Positions 59,771 through 64,000 of a stretch of 64,000 nucleotides of DNA are shown here, piece after piece. The translations under genes and the position numbers were made by a program. The DNA lies in assembly GCA_025594325.1 (NCBI GenBank), contig JANHCV010000004.1:1426001-1490000 (forward strand), written 5' to 3'. Position 1 is the first letter of the stretch; each line of letters begins with the position of its first letter. The stretch comes from Blastocladiella emersonii ATCC 22665. Its lineage: Eukaryota > Fungi > Blastocladiomycota. The notes below the pieces were generated by a model. It was not told the origin of the DNA, searched no databases, and saw nothing but the letters and a program-made list of their open reading frames with translations.

Positions 59771-59804
59771 GCGGAGTTGAGCTGGGTCATTTCACGCGTT
59801 TTTT

Positions 59805-59899
59805 TATCATGTGACCGCGTCTGGACGGCAGAATAACCTGGGGGGCAGAATAGCCGAGGGGGGCAGAATAACCGACTGGGGGGCAGAATAACCGCCTCC
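59805..59899 (-). repeat. Right TIR made of 4 tandem GGCAGAATA-ending units
   Basis: Units end at 59835, 59852, 59870, 59890 (spacing 17/18/20, the mirror of the left TIR), preceded by TATCATGTGACC. Confidence 0.9.
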
Positions 59900-60185
59900 G
59901 TCGCGAGCGAGGAAGCGAGACGCGTCCAATCGCGCGGTGCCTCGCGCCCACGTGAGTTGAGTGAGACGCGCCAGCGCCACACGGTTGGTCGGCGTTGGCG
60001 TCCGCGGACTGCTCCGTTCGCCGAACTTCGCCGCTGCCGCCCTCCCCCTCCCCCCTCCCCTCCCGCCCAGTAGACTTGCCAGACTTGCCTCCATCGCCCT
60101 CACTTGAAGCAACGCATCGACCACCGCCAACCGGCCACACCGCCCGTCCCACAAAACTCCGGAACCTGCTGCACCGCCGGCCACC

Positions 60186-63100
60186 ATGGACGGCCTCCAG
60201 GTCCTCGTCGAGCGCTTCTACTCGACGGGCTCGATCGATGCCAAGAACCAGCTCGGTACGACGCGGCCTCCTGCGCGTCCCGCCGCCGCCACCTTGCGCC
60301 ACCGCCGTCGTCCCTGGCCAGCGGTCGGTCCCTGACCGCCCGTGCGCGCGTGTGTGTCTAGAGAGCGAGCTTGCGTCGCTCAAACGCCGCCCCGATGCCG
60401 TCGCGCTCGTCCTCGAGCAGGTCGTCGAGCCGTTCCTGTGCCAGTCGCCGCCCGCCGGCCACGCGCACCCGCAGTTCCTGTTCCTCTGCCTCGGTGTCGT
60501 CCAGGTTCGTTGCGATCATGCTACGGTCCACCGTAGCCTCGGTCTCACCTCCTCCCCTAACCGTCTAGGACTCGGTGCGCCAGTGGGACACGCTAGCGCC
60601 ACCAACACAGTCGCTCGTCGGCGCGGCGCTCGTGCGGGCCTTCCAGACGCGCGACGCGGCGCGCCCGCGGTACCTGAGCGGCAAGATCGTGCAGCTGCTC
60701 TCCGAGATTGCCCTGTTCGCGTGGCCCGCGCAGTGCGACCCGTTCCAGCTCGCCGTCGAGCAGATCGCCGCCGCCGCGGGCGACCCCGCCGTGACGCGCC
60801 AGGCGCTCGACCTCGTCCTCGCCACCTGCCAGGCGCTCAGCGGCGCGCCAACGTGCCGCTTCGTCATGGCCGCGCGCGCCGCCGAGATCAAGGCCCAGTG
60901 GGCCGCGTTCGCCCGCGAGCTCGAGCCGTTTGTCTACTCGGTCCTCGTCCCCGCCGCGGGATGCGGCGACGCTGCGGCCGCGGCGGCGGATCCCGCTTCG
61001 GGGTCCTACCCGTCCCCGCTCTCGCCTAACGGTGCCGCATCGCCAGGGCGGAGGTCCGCTGCTCCCGACGTGCGCGCCACGCGCCGGTGCCTCGCGATCC
61101 TGCAACTGCTGCCGCACCAGCTCGACACCGCCACGCTCGGCGTCGTGCGCCACCTGTGCGGCCCGCACTCGCCGCTGCGCCTCGTCGCCCTCGACACGCT
61201 GCACGCCCAGCTCTCGCTGCAGCGCGTCGACCAGGCCGTGTTCCCGACGCTCCTCGACGTCGCGCTCGGCGTGCTGCGCGACGTGGTTGCCGAGACGCCC
61301 AACCACCCGCCGCCACCCGCGGGCGGCGACGACGATGTGGATGTGGACGATGCCGACGACGCGGGACGAAGCGGCGGCGGCGGGAGCGGCGATGACGACG
61401 ACGACTCGGGCACCGTGCCGCCGCACTCGGTTGTGTCGCGGCGTGCGCTGCGCGACCTCGCCGGCCCCGTCGCCGCCATGCACCTCGCGCGAGCGCGACC
61501 GCACCACCTCCTGTCGCTCGCCGAGTCGGTCGTCCCCGCCGTCGGCACGGGCAACCGCGAGGCGACGTGGGTCGTGCAGGAGGTCCTCGACTACATTGCG
61601 CCGCTCCCGAACCGCCTCGAGTACGCGCCGCTCGTCAGCCTCGTCCTGTCGCACGCCATGACCGCGCTCAACAGCGTCGAGATGGGCGACCTCGACGTGG
61701 AGGAGGGTGATCCCGAGGCCGCTGCGGACGGCGGCGGCGCCATGGACCCGCTGCAGCCCGCGACGCCCGTGACCCCCGTCACCCCCGCGGGCGGCCTGAC
61801 GAGCAGCATCCGCACGGGCCCGTCGCGGCTGACCGGGCTCCTCGGTCTTCTGACCACGGCGAGCGAGATTGACCCCATGTCAGTCCTCGGCGCGCTGTTC
61901 CCTGCGCTCAACGCGTGCGTCGCGCACGTCGAGGAAGCGTGCGCCAAGAATCATGGCGCCGGCGTCCCCGGCGCGCTCGTCCTCGGCCTCTCGCTCAGTC
62001 TGCGCGCCGTCGCGCGCATGGCCGCGGCGCTCGACGGACACCCGGAGATCCAGTGGATGCTCCTGTCCAAGTTCGAGGACCTCCTCGCGCGCATCGCGCC
62101 GGGCGTCGCCCAGACCGTGCCCGGCACCCCGCGCATCACGCTCGAGCTGATCCTCGCCGTCCAGGCGTACCTCCACGTCCTCGCGGCGCGCGAGCGCCAG
62201 GGCGCCGCTGAGGCACCGCCCGTGTGCGCGCGGCTCACGGGCACCCTGCTCGCGCTCCTCGCGTCGCCGCCGTCGGATCTCGCGGCCGCCGGCCCGCTCG
62301 CTGAGCAGCTCCTCCTCGCCGCGTCGCGCACCGTCGCGTCCGTCGCGACCACGGTCCGTCCGCGCCGCGAGCCGGGGAACGACTGGTGGGTGTCGAGCCT
62401 GCGCCACTGCATGCTCGCGGCGCACGCGGCGCTGCCCGCGGGCCACCCGGCGACGCAGCGGCTGATCCAGGCCGTCGTCGCCACCACCGTGTTCCCCGCG
62501 CAGGGCCAGCCGCCACCAGCGCTCCGCACGCCCGACGCCGACGCGCGCACCGCCGAGCTCAACGGGCACCTGCTCGCGGTCGCTGCCGCGTGCCGCGATC
62601 TACGGGACATGCTCCCGCTGCTCCGCGCGGTGCTCGGTACGGCGCGCGGGGATACGATCCCTGTCAAGGCGATTGTCGCGGCGGCGGTGCCCGGCGACTG
62701 GCTCGCGCACTACCTCGGGACCCTCGAGCGGGCGACGGATCCCGGGCATCTTCTGGATTTGTTGGGGCTGTTCGCGCTCCTCGTCGAGAGCCAGAAGCAG
62801 TCGCCGCTTGCAGCCGAACTCGTTCCACGCATCCTCCACCACCCGCTGCTCGGACACGCGGCTGTCACGGCCGGGTTCCACCACCTCCTCCGCTTGCTCG
62901 TCGAGGACGGGAACACGTTTGCCCCGCACCTCGTCGAGTTTGGCCAGCTCGCGTCAAATATGGGCGGTGGGAACGTGGTACGCTTCAGTCCTTTCAACTC
63001 GACTGAGGTTCGCCGGCTCACTTCGTGCGCGACCCGTGTAGCCACCACCAACACCGCTCCTCCGCGTCGTCTCGGCGACCCTCGACGTGCACTGGGGCGT

Positions 63101-63734
63101 GTTCCTGCCCGGCGGCGTGCGCGCCATGGCCGCGAACCAGCCCCTGCGCCACCCGGAAACGTTCCTCGCCCTCGTCAGCGTCCTACTCCGCTCGCTCCAG
63201 TCCAACGATATCGAGCACGTCCGCGTCGGGATCTCGTCGCTGCTGTTTGTCCAGGAGAAGCGCCGGCTGTTCACTCGGGTACGCCTCATTGATCACTGAC
63301 GTGAATGCGGCGAGCCTAATGTCGCGACGCGATGTAGGACGCGTGGACCTCGAACTTGCACTCGGACGCGCTCCAGCTTGCGCTCGCCGCCATGGTCCGG
63401 CCCGGTCTTGCGCTCCTGCAGGACGACCTCGCGGGACTCGTCAAGGCGATGCTCGCGCACCGCATGGCACCGGCCGACCGCCTCGAGTCGGACCTGCGCG
63501 GGATCTACGCCTTTTTCATTGCGCAGGCGCCAGGCACCAGCGCGGTCGCCGCGATGTGGGAGGGCCGCGTCAACCGCGCGGTTCAGTCGCTTCGGGTACG
63601 TTGTTTCGAAAGCACGGGTGGAGGGCGACGGCGACTGACGCAGATCGATGCGCGGGTAGGACGACCACGCGTTCGAGCTCACGCTCAAGGGACTGCTGCA
63701 CGACGTCGGCTGCATGTCCGTGTATTATTGCTGA
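60186..63734 (+). CDS. XPO6: Importin-beta/exportin family karyopherin, most like exportin-6; multi-exon
   Basis: N-terminus MDGLQVLVERFY, QWDTL..YLSGKIVQLLSEIALFAWP; C-terminus LLRSLQSNDIEHVRVGISSLLFVQEKRRLF and DDHAFELTLKGLLHDV. These resemble XPO6 termini as I recall them. Confidence 0.6.
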
Positions 63735-64000
63735 CGGCGGACAAGACTGATGATGATAAACGATCTATTCACTTGCACAAATCCCGATGGTAGCCGCAAT
63801 GGAGAACGCGTCTCGCTGCAGATCAGTGCTTGCGGCCATGGCCGGCGAAACGTTCCCCCGCGTCTTGAGTAGTGGACATGCAATTCGAACCTGCTGAACC
63901 CGCGACGGCGATGCATGTCCACCCGGTTTCCGCCGCGACTGAAACGCCGGCGACGTGCTGCGCCACCACGGCGCGCCGCGTTTCAAGGCGCAAGCACTGG

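Larger units (their letters stand above)
57960..59899 (-). mobile_element. Non-autonomous Mutator-like (MULE) DNA transposon, 1,940 bp
   Basis: Perfect 9-bp direct repeat GTCGCGAGC at 57951-57959 and 59900-59908. ~95-bp imperfect TIRs start GG and end CC. The internal minus-strand ORF has a SWIM finger CSCRVGVTHPCDH (59095-59133) and an HVEGMNGLLK motif. Confidence 0.88.

Overview
This is a gene-dense, GC-rich eukaryotic window with many short spliceosomal introns (donors mostly GTACGY/GTGCGT, branch-like GCTGAC/GCTCAC/CTAAC, YAG acceptors). Fungal-type genes (GDH2, Vam7, Prm10) occur together with IFT81, so I infer a zoosporic fungus (chytrid-like lineage); the species cannot be named from sequence. 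About 25 protein-coding loci are supported. Housekeeping genes: C12orf65-like release factor, GDH2, VAM7, UBC7, UBA1, PAC2, AAT1, IFT81, MRPS9, exportin-6-like. Signalling and membrane genes: C2-RasGAP, CNBD channel, two class A-like 7TM receptors, a bestrophin, an LRR single-pass protein, PRM10. There is also one 1,940-bp non-autonomous Mutator-like element with a perfect 9-bp TSD. The most notable observations are: (i) an APE1/ExoIII homologue with Gly at both main catalytic acid positions; (ii) a tandem, intronless pair of DnaQ-like exonucleases with altered ExoI/ExoIII motifs; (iii) a CNBD channel with an unrecognisable selectivity filter; (iv) two paralogous GPCRs with very long ICL3 and no retinal Lys; (v) an ELMO protein reduced to its PH domain and Pro-rich tail; (vi) two GC-AG introns; (vii) a recurrent promoter motif that also sits inside the transposon TIRs. 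Family calls rest on recognising motifs by eye; no database search was run.
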